64,000 bases of DNA from Nitrospinaceae bacterium (GTDB lineage Bacteria; Nitrospinota; Nitrospinia; Nitrospinales; Nitrospinaceae): contig OZ250172.1 of NCBI GenBank assembly GCA_965237905.1, forward strand, positions 1,760,001-1,824,000, given 5' to 3'. Below, piece by piece: positions 8,765-18,925 of the stretch; positions within the stretch are counted from its first letter, which is position 1, and each line of letters opens with the position of its first letter. Under the pieces are notes generated by a model. It was given only the letters and a program-made list of their open reading frames with translations, made no database searches and was not told where the DNA came from. The translations under genes and the position numbers were made by a program.

Positions 8765-9967
8765 TTAGGCGTGCAGTGTACGCAATGCGGATTCAATCCG
8801 GTTCAATCCCTCATTGATATTTTCCATAGAGGTGGCGAAGGATAAGCGCAGGTTGTTGTCGGCACCGAAGGCGATGCCAGGTACCAGTGCGACTTGGGCT
8901 TCTTCGATTAAAAACTCTGCGACGTCGAGAGATCCTTTGATTGTTTTACCATTCCATTGCTTACCGAACACTCCGGAAAAATCCGGGAACGTGTAAAAAG
9001 AACCGACCGGTTTAGGGCAGGAGATACCTTCTATTTTTGCGTAGCGGTCCATGAGAGTGTCGCGCCGTTTTTTAAACTCCGTCACCATCCTTTTTATTTC
9101 GCCGGGAGTTTTCTCGCCGATCAACGCTTCCACACAAGCGGCTTGGGAAATAGATGTGGGATTGGAAGTGGATTGTCCCTGCAGTTTGGATACGGCAGAC
9201 GCGATGTCCGCTTCCGCCGCCAGGTAGCCGATACGCCAACCCGTCATCGCAAAACATTTGGAAGCGCCATTGATAACGACGGTGCTTTGTTTTAACTCTT
9301 CGCTCAAAGACGCGATACTGAAATGCTCGAACCCGTCGAATATGATTTTTTCATAGATCTCATCAGAGATCACCATCAGCTTATTTTTTAAAACCACTTC
9401 CGCAAGCGCTTCCAATTCTTTTTTAGTGTAAGCCGATCCGGTGGGATTGGAAGGACTGTTCAAAACCAGCGCGCGCGTTTTTTTTGTGACGGCTTGTTGC
9501 AGTTGTTCCGCGGTGATTTTAAATCCCGACGATTCATCAGTGTTCAGGATCACGGGTGTGGCGTTGGCCAGAATGACCATGTCCGGATACGACACCCAAT
9601 ACGGAGCGGGAATAATGATTTCGTCACCTGCATCCCAAAGCACTTGCGCTAGATTGTAAAAGGAATGTTTCGCTCCACAGGAAACCACAATCTGTTTACG
9701 GTCGTAAGCCAATCCATTATCGCGATCAAACTTTTCGATGATGGCATCCTTGAGTGCATGGGTGCCGCTGACGATGGTGTAATGTGTATCATTATTTTGG
9801 ATCGCATTGATCGCCGCCTGTTTAATATTTTCCGGAGTGGCAAAGTCGGGTTCACCTGCGCCAAATCCGATCACATCAATCCCCTGCTCTCTTAGAGCTT
9901 GGGCCTTGGCGGAAATGGCCATCGTCATAGACGGCTGGATATTTTGAATGCGTTGCGCAAACTTCAT
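8765..9967 (-). CDS. aspC: PLP-dependent aspartate aminotransferase (class I/II)
   Basis: GAGEPDF, NSPSNPTG, SDEIY, SKCFAMTGWRIGY. Confidence 0.93.
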   Translation of the reverse strand: MKFAQRIQNIQPSMTMAISAKAQALREQGIDVIGFGAGEPDFATPENIKQAAINAIQNNDTHYTIVSGTHALKDAIIEKFDRDNGLAYDRKQIVVSCGAKHSFYNLAQVLWDAGDEIIIPAPYWVSYPDMVILANATPVILNTDESSGFKITAEQLQQAVTKKTRALVLNSPSNPTGSAYTKKELEALAEVVLKNKLMVISDEIYEKIIFDGFEHFSIASLSEELKQSTVVINGASKCFAMTGWRIGYLAAEADIASAVSKLQGQSTSNPTSISQAACVEALIGEKTPGEIKRMVTEFKKRRDTLMDRYAKIEGISCPKPVGSFYTFPDFSGVFGKQWNGKTIKGSLDVAEFLIEEAQVALVPGIAFGADNNLRLSFATSMENINEGLNRIESALRTLHA

Positions 9968-10449
9968 GAGGAGATTTTAGAGATACCTTCCTGGACACAC
10001 TTGGGAACCATTTTGCTGACGTCGCCTCCGTGCTTGGCGATCTCTTTTACAAAACTGGAACTGAGAAACGAATACTCCTGACTGGGAATCATAAAAACAG
10101 TTTCCAGATTGGCATTCAGATTGCGGTTCATCAGTCCCATTTGCAGTTCATATTCAAAATCGGAAACAGCCCGCAATCCTTTAATAATAATGTTGGCCTT
10201 ATGCAACTCGGCGAAACCGGTCAGGAGCGTATCAAAAGGTAACACTTCAATTCCTTTAAGGTCTTGGACGGATTGCGTGATAAACCTCACCCTGTCATCG
10301 CTGTCAAACAGAGGGTTTTTTTTGGGATTCAACGCGACGGCCACGATCAGCCGGTCGCACAAGCTCAGGGCACGCCGCATGATGTCCAGGTGGCCGAAGG
10401 TAATGGGATCAAAAGTTCCCGGATAAATGGCTGTTCTTTTAGTATTCAT
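9964..10449 (-). CDS. coaD: Phosphopantetheine adenylyltransferase
   Basis: YPGTFDPITFGHLD, KGLRAVSDFEYE, SSSFVKE. Confidence 0.97.
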   Translation of the reverse strand: MNTKRTAIYPGTFDPITFGHLDIMRRALSLCDRLIVAVALNPKKNPLFDSDDRVRFITQSVQDLKGIEVLPFDTLLTGFAELHKANIIIKGLRAVSDFEYELQMGLMNRNLNANLETVFMIPSQEYSFLSSSFVKEIAKHGGDVSKMVPKCVQEGISKISS

Positions 10450-11003
10450 GGCTTTTTTAAAGAGGGGGATTATAACTTCAAATGGAGAGCCGCGAAAGGC
10501 CCAAAAAGCAGAATTTTAAGGTTTTTTGAGTCTTTTTCAAAAAAGCTACCTTATAAGGTGGAAATTACTCTCATCTACGGGGACTAATTTTGGGTGAATT
10601 TGAGGAATATTTCTTAAAAAGTGCCATTACCTCGAGAGGTTATCACCCTTTTTAGGGTGATTTTGATTTTGTTTTTAGAAATTCCACATACTGTCGGTCC
10701 CCAAACCTGCGAAAATCGCCACTTTTGAGAAGAGACATACCTCAGTTATTAAAGCCTAAATCATTTATCTATAAGGGCTTTCAAATATCTTTGAAATATC
10801 AACAAATACCCTGATTTGCCATTTCTCAAATAAAACAAAAAAAATGGGAATATTCCCAAAAATTGTTGAAAATTCAAGACTTATGGTGTACATTTACATC
10901 CACTTAATTGGGTGTAAAGCAATTTTTAAAGAGGATAAATTTGAGTCTTTTCTGAGGTCAAAAATACCCCCAAAAAAATTGATTTTCCCCGTCGAAAAAG
11001 GGT

Positions 11004-11032
11004 TTGACAAGATTTTCTGATTGAAGTATAAG
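11004..11032 (+). promoter_or_regulatory. Sigma70-type promoter upstream of nxrA
   Basis: TTGACA 11004-11009, 17 bp spacer, TATAAG 11027-11032. Confidence 0.6.
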
Positions 11033-11423
11033 AGGGGCAACTAGAATACCCAGAAGCCAAATTGACCAAAAAATGGATTCCAAAATCTGTGTTTTTTTAA
11101 AGTGCTCGAGAAATTTTGGAAGAAGTTTTTGTTCTGTCGTATTCCTGTTTTGAGGTTTTAAACAAGCTTGAAACGGGTGATTGGTTTTTTGGTTTCGGAC
11201 TAAAATTAAAATTTTTTTGAGTTGTTTGTTTATCCAAGGTGAACCCTTGGACATGGTTTAATTTCAGGTAAATATTATTAATCGCTCGAATTTTAAAAAT
11301 TCAAAAAAAATTGAAAGGAGAAACTTTGAAGGATCCCGGCTTTTAGAGGGATCAATTAGACAATTTTTCAAGAGTAGATGTTTCGGTTTAAAACCCACTT
11401 TAACCTAAGGGAGGTTTTACTTT

Positions 11424-14400
11424 ATGCGTTTAAATCGAAGAAAATTCTTGCAGGTCAGTGCTGGTGTAGCTTCGGCTATGGCACTTTCAAGTAAGAGAGT
11501 CGGTGCTCAGTTAAAGCCCGTAGTTAAGGTAGGCAATCCTCTGGATTCCTATCCTGATCGTCGTTGGGAAGAAGTTTACCGCGATCAATATAAGTACGAG
11601 CGTTCCTTTACGTATTGTTGCTCCCCGAATGACACCCATCAGTGTCGTGTTCGGGGATTTGTACGTAATGGCATCCTAATGCGTATCGAGCAGAACTATG
11701 ACCATCATAAGGTCAAAGATCTGTACGGTAACCAGGCGGACGCCGCATGGAACCCCCGTATGTGTTTGCGCGGCATGACTTATCCGCGACGTGCATACGG
11801 TCCTTACCGGAACAAATATCCGATGATCCGCGTTGGCTGGAAACAGTGGGCGGATGACGGGTTCCCGTATCTGGATAAGGAAAATCGTGAAAAGTATAAG
11901 TTTACCAGCCGTGGCACGGACGAATTTGTTCGTTTGTCATGGGATCAGACCTTCACCTATTTGGCGAAGGGTCATGTTGCCGTAGCGAAAGCTTACAGCG
12001 GCGCCCGCGGTGCTCAGCGCTTGAAGAATGAAGGCTACCAGCCTGAAATGATCGAAGCGATGGGCGGATCCGGCCCCCGTACTTTTAAGTATCGCGGTGG
12101 TATGGGTCTGTTGGGCGTTATCGGTAAGTATGGTATTTACCGCCTCGCCAACATGGTTGGTTTGCTAGACGCGATCATTCGTGGTCGTGGCCCCGGTCAG
12201 GTATTGGGTGGACGCGCATGGTCCAACTACACCTGGCATGGTGACCAGGCTCCGGGACATTCCTGGACGCATGGTATGCAGACTTCTGATATCGACTTTG
12301 CTGACCATCGTTATGCAAAGTTGACCATTCAGTGGGGTAAAAACCTCATTGAAAACAAAATGCCGGAAGCTCATTGGTACACGGAAATCATGGAACGCGG
12401 TGGCACACTCGTTACCGTATGTCCTGAGTACAACCCGCCTTCAACGAAAGCGGACTACTGGATTCCCTGTCGTGCCGGTTTGTCGGACATTTCTGTATTC
12501 CTCGGCGCAGCTAAGATCATCATGGACGAAGGTCTGGTTGATGTGCCTTACGTTAAGGAATACACCGATATGCCGCTTCTGGTAAGAACCGACAATCTGA
12601 CCCGTCTGCATCCGGATGATTACATTCCGGGATACAAGGTTCAGGCGCTTCCGAAAGATGGCTTCACCACCAAGTGGATGAAGAACTTCAATCGCAGCAA
12701 AATGCCTGACTATGCAGTATGGGATATGAATACCAACAAGCCGGTAGCTATTACGCGTGAAGACATCGGCGCCAAGATGCTGAAGAAGAAGATTGATCCA
12801 GCACTTGATGGTGTATTTGACATCAAGTTGGTTAACGGCAAAACCATCACGGTCATGCCTTTGTACGAAATGTACAAAGTTCATTTGAAAGATTATGACC
12901 TGGATACCGTTAACCAGATCAGTCACGCTCCGAAAGACTTGATCGTTCGTGTCGCTCGCGACATGGGTACCATCAAACCGGTTGAGATTCACTACGGTGA
13001 AGGTATCAACCATTACTTCCATGCAACCATGCACAACCGTGCATCGTATGTTCCCCTCATGCTGACGGGTAATGTTGGACCGAAAGGTTCCGGCTCCCAC
13101 ACTTGGGCGGGTAACTACAAAGCTGGTAACTACCAAGGATCGCATTGGTCCGGACCTGGTTTCGCGGCGATGGTTGCGGAAGATCCCTTCAACCCGATTC
13201 TGGATCCAGCCAAGAACGTTGACTGGAAAAACGTTAAGGGTTACCTGAAGGGTGAGGAAGTCAGCTACTGGGCGCATCGTGATAAAGCCTTGATCGTTAA
13301 TACCCCACGGTATGGACGTAAGGTGTTCACGGGTCGTACTCATATGCCGACTCCGACCAAGCTGTGTTGGTACGTTAATGTTAACGTTATCAATAATGCG
13401 AAGTGGTTCTACGAGCTGGTGTTCAACACCAACAACAACGTAGACATGATCGTCGCTCAGGATATCGAGTTCACGGGTTCCTGTGAGTATTCCGATATCG
13501 TTCTTGCCCCGAACTCTTGGGCGGAATTCGAGAGTTACGAGATCACTTCCGCATGTTCCAACCCGTTCCACCAGATTTGGGGTGGCACCGGTATTAAACC
13601 CATCTTTGACACGATCGACGATAACCTGATCCATCGGGAATTCGCCAAGAGAATGTCTCAGGTGACCGGCGACAAACGGTTTGCGGACTTCTTCAAAGTG
13701 TACGAAGGTGCAGCTCCCAACCGAACGAAGGCGATGATTCGCCGGCTGTTCACGACGTCGACCACTGGTATGGGTTACAACATCGACGACATCATCAACG
13801 GCAAGTATGGTGAGCCGGGATGTTGTTTGATGCTGTTCAGAACATACCCGCGGTCTCCGTTCTGGGAAATGTTCACTGAGTCCAAGCCTTACTACACTCC
13901 GAACGGTCGTATCCAGTTCTATAATGACGAGCCGGAAGCGATCGAATACGGTGAAAACTTCATCGTTCACAGAGAAGGCCCAGAAGCAACGCCTTACCTG
14001 CCGAACGTTATCGTATCCACCAACCCCTACATCCGACCTGACGATTACGGTATTCCGGAAGAAGAGCAAGATCCGGATCTCCGTCACGTTCGAAACATCA
14101 AGAAACCTTGGTCTTCTGTACGTACGACCAAGAACTTCTTGTGGGAGAAGGGGTATCGGTTCTACTGTGTAACGCCTAAATCCAGACATACCGCGCATTC
14201 GTCCTGGGCGACGACTGACTGGAACATGATCTGGAACAACAACTTCGGCGATCCTTACCGCATGGATAAGCGATCTCCGGGCGTTGGTGAATGGCAAGTA
14301 CACATGAACCCGTTCCTGTGTAAAGACCTTGGTATCAACGATGGCGACTACATTTATTGTGACGCCAACCCGGCCGACAGGCCTTATATGGGTTGGAAGC

Positions 14401-14885
14401 CGTCTGATCCTCGATACAAGGTTGGCCGCCTCATGTTGCGCGCGAAGTACAACCCTGCGTATCCGTATCACACCACGATGATGAAACATGCAACGTGGAT
14501 TGGTACTGAGCGTACGGTTAAAGCGCACGAAGAACGGCCGGACGGACGCGCGATGTCCATGACGACTCCATACCAATCAAACTTCCGGTATGGTGGTCAG
14601 CAGTCCATCACGCGATCTTGGTTGATGCCGATGCATCAGACGGACAGTCTGTTCCATAAAGCAAAAACCAAGATGAAGTTCAAGCATGGGTACGAAGCAG
14701 ACAACCATGCCGTTAACGCGACTCCAAAAGAAACCTTGGTTAAGTTCTCCAAGGCGGAGGATGGTGGTCTGCATGGTAAGGGACTTTGGGAACCTGTTCG
14801 AACGGGTTACACTCCTGAGTCTCCGTTGAAAGATCGCTTTGCTGAGATGTATCTCGCGGGGCAATACACTCGCGTTAAGATCTAA
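11424..14885 (+). CDS. nxrA: Nitrite oxidoreductase alpha subunit, periplasmic type (Mo-bisPGD)
   Basis: Tat signal RRKFL, FS0 motif CSPNDTHQC...MC, TWHGDQ Asp ligand, 1153 aa, strongly biased codon usage. Confidence 0.97.
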   Translation: MRLNRRKFLQVSAGVASAMALSSKRVGAQLKPVVKVGNPLDSYPDRRWEEVYRDQYKYERSFTYCCSPNDTHQCRVRGFVRNGILMRIEQNYDHHKVKDLYGNQADAAWNPRMCLRGMTYPRRAYGPYRNKYPMIRVGWKQWADDGFPYLDKENREKYKFTSRGTDEFVRLSWDQTFTYLAKGHVAVAKAYSGARGAQRLKNEGYQPEMIEAMGGSGPRTFKYRGGMGLLGVIGKYGIYRLANMVGLLDAIIRGRGPGQVLGGRAWSNYTWHGDQAPGHSWTHGMQTSDIDFADHRYAKLTIQWGKNLIENKMPEAHWYTEIMERGGTLVTVCPEYNPPSTKADYWIPCRAGLSDISVFLGAAKIIMDEGLVDVPYVKEYTDMPLLVRTDNLTRLHPDDYIPGYKVQALPKDGFTTKWMKNFNRSKMPDYAVWDMNTNKPVAITREDIGAKMLKKKIDPALDGVFDIKLVNGKTITVMPLYEMYKVHLKDYDLDTVNQISHAPKDLIVRVARDMGTIKPVEIHYGEGINHYFHATMHNRASYVPLMLTGNVGPKGSGSHTWAGNYKAGNYQGSHWSGPGFAAMVAEDPFNPILDPAKNVDWKNVKGYLKGEEVSYWAHRDKALIVNTPRYGRKVFTGRTHMPTPTKLCWYVNVNVINNAKWFYELVFNTNNNVDMIVAQDIEFTGSCEYSDIVLAPNSWAEFESYEITSACSNPFHQIWGGTGIKPIFDTIDDNLIHREFAKRMSQVTGDKRFADFFKVYEGAAPNRTKAMIRRLFTTSTTGMGYNIDDIINGKYGEPGCCLMLFRTYPRSPFWEMFTESKPYYTPNGRIQFYNDEPEAIEYGENFIVHREGPEATPYLPNVIVSTNPYIRPDDYGIPEEEQDPDLRHVRNIKKPWSSVRTTKNFLWEKGYRFYCVTPKSRHTAHSSWATTDWNMIWNNNFGDPYRMDKRSPGVGEWQVHMNPFLCKDLGINDGDYIYCDANPADRPYMGWKPSDPRYKVGRLMLRAKYNPAYPYHTTMMKHATWIGTERTVKAHEERPDGRAMSMTTPYQSNFRYGGQQSITRSWLMPMHQTDSLFHKAKTKMKFKHGYEADNHAVNATPKETLVKFSKAEDGGLHGKGLWEPVRTGYTPESPLKDRFAEMYLAGQYTRVKI

Positions 14886-14897
14886 GCGTTTGGGAAC

Positions 14898-14917
14898 GCG
14901 GGCCCTTCGGGGTCCGC
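14898..14917 (+). other. Intercistronic hairpin with cUUCGg tetraloop
   Basis: GCGGGCCC-TTCG-GGGTCCGC, no following U tract. Confidence 0.6.
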
Positions 14918-14999
14918 ATACCTATTGCGGTTTTTCTTGACACATATTAGCAACCAGAATCGGTGCCTTTGAGGTTCCGGTTTTTACGGAGGTTAAAAA

Positions 15000-16277
15000 A
15001 TGCCTGAAGTATATAACTGGCAGTTGGGTCGTATGGCGACCTATGTGTACGAGGAGAAACACCCGAAGGAGCAGTTTACCTTCGTTTTCAATACGAATCG
15101 TTGTATTGCGTGTCAAACGTGTACGATGGCTCATAAATCCACCTGGACGTTCTCCAAAGGTCAGGAGTACATGTGGTGGAACAATGTTGAAACGAAACCT
15201 TACGGTGGATATCCTCAGTTCTGGGACTGGAAAATTCTGAAAATGCTGGAACAATCCAATCCCGGGCAAAACGTATGGAACGTTCGTAAGACGTCGAACA
15301 AAGCGATTCACGGTGTTTATGAAGGTGTCACCATCTTCGAAGCGCCTGCCAAGATTGGTTTGAACCAACAGGCAATCGGCTATGTTCCGACCGACGAAGA
15401 GTGGCGCTTCCCGAACTTTGGTGAAGATACTGCTCATGGTCGTGAGTTTACTCAGTCTCGCGAAGGTACGTTCGGTGGCGACAACGGCTGTAAGTCTGTG
15501 TTGCCTGAGCATAAAATCTGGTTTTTCTATCTGCAACGGATTTGTAACCATTGTACATATCCTGGCTGTTTGGCAGCATGTCCTCGTAAGGCGATTTATA
15601 AGCGCCAAGAGGATGGTATCGTGCTGATCGATCAGTCTCGGTGCCGTGGTTATAAAAAATGCGTTGAGCAGTGTCCTTACAAAAAGCCGATGTTCCGTGG
15701 TACGACTCGGATTTCCGAGAAATGTATCGCATGTTACCCGCGGATCGAGGGACTGGATCCCTTGACTGAAGGTGACCAGATGGAAACCCGCTGTATGGCG
15801 GCCTGCGTAGGTAAGATTCGTCTGCAGGGTCTGGTAAAAGTCGGTTCCAACGGCCAATGGGCACACGATCCGGATAACCCCCAGTACTATCTGATTCGGG
15901 ACCGGAAAGTAGCTCTGCCGCTGTATCCGCAGTTTGGTACGGAGCCGAACGGTTACTATGTACCGTCACGGCACGTTCCTCGTGCGTACTCGCAACAGAT
16001 GTTTGGCCCTGGCGTGGATCATTCGATCGACCAGTACATGGTTCCCGATCGAGATCTGCTGGGTATCCTGCAGTTGTTCCGAACCACGCAGAGGATCATC
16101 TTCAAATGGAAACGTGAGCCCGGTCCGAAAATTTTCGAGACCAACATTCACGGTAAGAAGTTTGAGATGTACAATGACACGATCATCGGGTTTAACCGGA
16201 AGGGTAAAGAAATCATCCGTGTTACGGTTGAGGAACCCTTCTACGTCAGACCTGAAGAACATCCAGGCGCAATTTAA
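15000..16277 (+). CDS. nxrB: Nitrite oxidoreductase beta subunit (Fe-S)
   Basis: MPEVYNWQLGR start, CIACQTC, CNHCTYPGCLAACP, CRGYKKCVEQCP, CIACYP; GGAGG RBS. Confidence 0.97.
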   Translation: MPEVYNWQLGRMATYVYEEKHPKEQFTFVFNTNRCIACQTCTMAHKSTWTFSKGQEYMWWNNVETKPYGGYPQFWDWKILKMLEQSNPGQNVWNVRKTSNKAIHGVYEGVTIFEAPAKIGLNQQAIGYVPTDEEWRFPNFGEDTAHGREFTQSREGTFGGDNGCKSVLPEHKIWFFYLQRICNHCTYPGCLAACPRKAIYKRQEDGIVLIDQSRCRGYKKCVEQCPYKKPMFRGTTRISEKCIACYPRIEGLDPLTEGDQMETRCMAACVGKIRLQGLVKVGSNGQWAHDPDNPQYYLIRDRKVALPLYPQFGTEPNGYYVPSRHVPRAYSQQMFGPGVDHSIDQYMVPDRDLLGILQLFRTTQRIIFKWKREPGPKIFETNIHGKKFEMYNDTIIGFNRKGKEIIRVTVEEPFYVRPEEHPGAI

Positions 16278-16298
16278 GCTTGAGCGATATTCTCTGCT

Positions 16299-16323
16299 TC
16301 CGGAGCGGGTTTCCCGCTCCGGA
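16299..16323 (+). other. Intercistronic 11-bp hairpin
   Basis: TCCGGAGCGGG-TTT-CCCGCTCCGGA between nxrB and nxrC. Confidence 0.6.
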
Positions 16324-16395
16324 GGTCAGTTCGCTTGGCTGAATGTACTTGGGTTAGATCTGACAACCCGATAACTGCTAAACAGGAGGAAAACT

Positions 16396-17409
16396 GTGAA
16401 AACCAAAAAAAGCATCATTTTCGCCATGGTGGCCGCTTTCGTTCTCGGTGTGACGATGACAGCTGGCGCGGCTACCATTAAGGCGGTTAAGGTCAAGGGG
16501 AACATTCCTACCGATCCTTCAAGCCTGTTCTGGTCCGAGCGTTATGGCCCAACGGCTCTGAAGCACGTTATTATCGATATGGATCCCCAAATGATTACCA
16601 ATCCGATGTGGCCCAATCCGCAAACGAAATATGTGTTTGTGAAAGCCGCAACGAATGGTAAGGAAATTGCTGTTCATTTGGAGTGGAATGACGCCACGCG
16701 TAATGACATTATGGTTACGTCCCAGCAATATAAGGACCAAGTGGCCATTATGTTTCCTGTAAAACAATCCGGCGAAGAGCCTCCCTTTACCATGGGTGGT
16801 GCCGGAGAGCGCGTCAATATCTGGCAGTGGAAAGCGACCTGGGATAAAGAGGGTGCTGGAGATGCCGGTAATGAAGCGATGCAGGATCTGGAAGATCAGT
16901 ACGATTTCATGGCCCTGGGTTCCGGTGGATACTACATGTATGAGCCGGGTGGCAAATTGCAGATGAAATCTGAATTGGGTTCCGGAAGAACTGGTAGTAA
17001 AGACAGCCGCAGTAAAGGTGGGTCTGGTTCTCAAGGTGCCGGCAACATCAGCAAGCGTGGCAGTATGGTAGACTTCGGTATGGGTAAAAACGAAGGTGTT
17101 TACAACCCCGGTATTGCTACCCATAACATCCTGTCCGACAATACCATGAGACGTTCTCCAGTTGAGGACCTGAATGCTGAGGGTTTTAGCACCCTGACCA
17201 CTCAGGCTCATCAGGACGTTGATGGTAAAGGGAACTGGAACAACAATCGCTGGACCGTAGTTTTCAAACGTGCTTTGAAAACCAAAGACTCCAACGACAC
17301 CCAGTTCACCGGAAGTAAAGCTTCGATGGCTATTGCTATCTGGAATGGTCAGAACAAAGAGAGAAATGGTCAAAAAGCTGTAACGCAGTGGCAAACTCTG
17401 CAATACTAA
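16396..17409 (+). CDS. nxrC: Nitrite oxidoreductase gamma subunit candidate (EbdC-like heme b protein)
   Basis: Sec signal, LEWNDAT, DQVAIMFP, FTMGG (Met ligand), NIWQWKA, AIWNGxxxERNGQK (Lys ligand); GTG start with AGGAGG. Confidence 0.85.
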   Translation: MKTKKSIIFAMVAAFVLGVTMTAGAATIKAVKVKGNIPTDPSSLFWSERYGPTALKHVIIDMDPQMITNPMWPNPQTKYVFVKAATNGKEIAVHLEWNDATRNDIMVTSQQYKDQVAIMFPVKQSGEEPPFTMGGAGERVNIWQWKATWDKEGAGDAGNEAMQDLEDQYDFMALGSGGYYMYEPGGKLQMKSELGSGRTGSKDSRSKGGSGSQGAGNISKRGSMVDFGMGKNEGVYNPGIATHNILSDNTMRRSPVEDLNAEGFSTLTTQAHQDVDGKGNWNNNRWTVVFKRALKTKDSNDTQFTGSKASMAIAIWNGQNKERNGQKAVTQWQTLQY

Positions 17410-17433
17410 GCTTTTAAACCTTTCTTAAAAGTT

Positions 17434-17470
17434 AAACCCGGAAGATGGTTTCCCATCTTCCGGGTTTTTT
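17434..17470 (+). terminator. Intrinsic terminator of the nxr operon
   Basis: AAACCCGGAAGATGG-TTTC-CCATCTTCCGGGTTT plus T tract. Confidence 0.9.
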
Positions 17471-17495
17471 CTTTGCGTAAGGGTCTAATAAAACT

Positions 17496-17810
17496 CTATT
17501 CCGTTTCCCAGCCCATTTCCATCCAACGGTGCATTCCGCCCTGACTGACACAAACTATGTTGGTCAACCCAGCCATTTCCAAGTCTGCAGCCGCCTTTTG
17601 AGCTCTTCCTCCCATTTTGCAATGAACGTACACCGTTTTATAATTTTTTAACTCATCTGCAATAGAACCGACAGTTTCGTGATCCTGATTTCTGGCTCCC
17701 GGTATATGTCCCTCAGAAAATTCCGCCGGGGTTCGTACGTCCAGAATCAAAACTCCCTCTCCCATATCAGGAATCGAATCGTGCAATTTATCTATACTGA
17801 TCTTCTCCAT
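17496..17810 (-). CDS. Rhodanese-like domain protein
   Basis: LDVRTPAEFSEGHIPGA, HCKMGGRA. Confidence 0.9.
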   Translation of the reverse strand: MEKISIDKLHDSIPDMGEGVLILDVRTPAEFSEGHIPGARNQDHETVGSIADELKNYKTVYVHCKMGGRAQKAAADLEMAGLTNIVCVSQGGMHRWMEMGWETE

Positions 17811-18048
17811 GGCACTCCTCTCTTAGGCAGTAAAAATATTTCGAATTATATCATGGTTGTCATAAATCCCAGAACATAAGGAATTGGATAGGAAAAATCC
17901 TCTCTCTTTTCTAAATCCCAGGAAAATTCTGCCGGGGGAAATGAGCTCCTACTCTGGATTCAAAAATTAATGAAAAATAGGGGAACTCTAAATGTTTATT
18001 TTAAAAGGGTTAGGGAGAAATAAATATAATAAAAACAATCAATTAGAT

Positions 18049-18065
18049 TTGGTATGGAATATGCA
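18049..18065 (+). promoter_or_regulatory. Sigma54 promoter for flgF
   Basis: TTGGTATGGAATATGCA, GG-N10-GC. Confidence 0.65.
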
Positions 18066-18098
18066 AAACTTGATAAAAACCCTAATTGTAAGGTCACA

Positions 18099-18890
18099 AT
18101 GATTGAAGGATTATATATCGCGGCTTCCGGGGGAACCAAGCAACTGAAGAAGTTGGATATTTTAAGTAACAATATCGCCAACATCAGTACCCAGGGATTT
18201 AAAAGGGATATGTTGGTTTATGCGGAGAAGAAACCTCCATTCCAGCAGGGTCCTTTGAGTGGGTCCGATGCGATAAACCTTAATCCGTTTCACGGGTCTG
18301 ATCCGGCGGTCTCCTATGTGCAGGTGACGCAATCTCTTACAGACTTTACGCAAGGTTCTTTAATCAAAACCGACAATCCCTTGAATGTGGCCATTGAGGG
18401 CGAAGGATTTTTTGCTATCAATACTCCCACAGGAATCCGATATACCCGGAATGGTAACTTTCACTTGGATGGATTGGGGCAACTGGTGGACCAGAAGGGC
18501 AACGCAATAATGACCCGGAGTGAAGAACCTATTCTGATCCCATTTGGTACCAAGCAAATCACTATAGATCAGGATGGATCAATATTTGGTGGCACTGAGG
18601 TTGACCAGGAGGTATTGGGCCAGTTAAAAATAGTAAATTTCAATAATCTTCAGTCCCTGACAAAAGAAGGGGAAGGGCTTTATAAAATTTCGGATTCTTC
18701 AGTTAAAGAGATTCTGGTAAATGACGCTAAGGTACTCCAGGGATTTACAGAAAGTAGCAATGCCAATGTCATCCATGAGATGACTCAAATGATTGAAACG
18801 GTAAGACAGCTTGAGGCGTATCAGAAAATCATCCAGTCGATTGATGAAGCAGACGATCAATCGGTCAATAGTCTGGGACGGGTCGCTTAA
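18099..18890 (+). CDS. flgF: Flagellar basal-body rod protein FlgF
   Basis: GLYIAASG, SNNIANISTQGFK, YTRNGNF, QGFTESSN; start moved downstream of the sigma54 site. Confidence 0.9.
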   Translation: MIEGLYIAASGGTKQLKKLDILSNNIANISTQGFKRDMLVYAEKKPPFQQGPLSGSDAINLNPFHGSDPAVSYVQVTQSLTDFTQGSLIKTDNPLNVAIEGEGFFAINTPTGIRYTRNGNFHLDGLGQLVDQKGNAIMTRSEEPILIPFGTKQITIDQDGSIFGGTEVDQEVLGQLKIVNFNNLQSLTKEGEGLYKISDSSVKEILVNDAKVLQGFTESSNANVIHEMTQMIETVRQLEAYQKIIQSIDEADDQSVNSLGRVA

Positions 18891-18925
18891 CTGGATCAAT
18901 AAGAGCCACTACTAAAGGATAAAAA

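Noticed and set aside
8730..8766. tRNA-like fragment GGAAGC...GGGTGGGTTCGATT
   Set aside because: Only a T-loop-like stretch; no anticodon arm, no pairing 3' acceptor strand, no CCA
10958..11254. 98 aa ORF upstream of nxrA
   Set aside because: Built from A/T tracts, overlaps the predicted promoter, no family features
12441..14576. 711 aa antisense ORF inside nxrA (also 14922-15866 in nxrB and 16519-17403 in nxrC)
   Set aside because: Expected shadow of strong codon bias in highly expressed genes; no recognisable motifs
18054..18098. Longer N-terminus for flgF
   Set aside because: That ATG lies inside the sigma54 promoter; FlgF-like sequence begins at 18099
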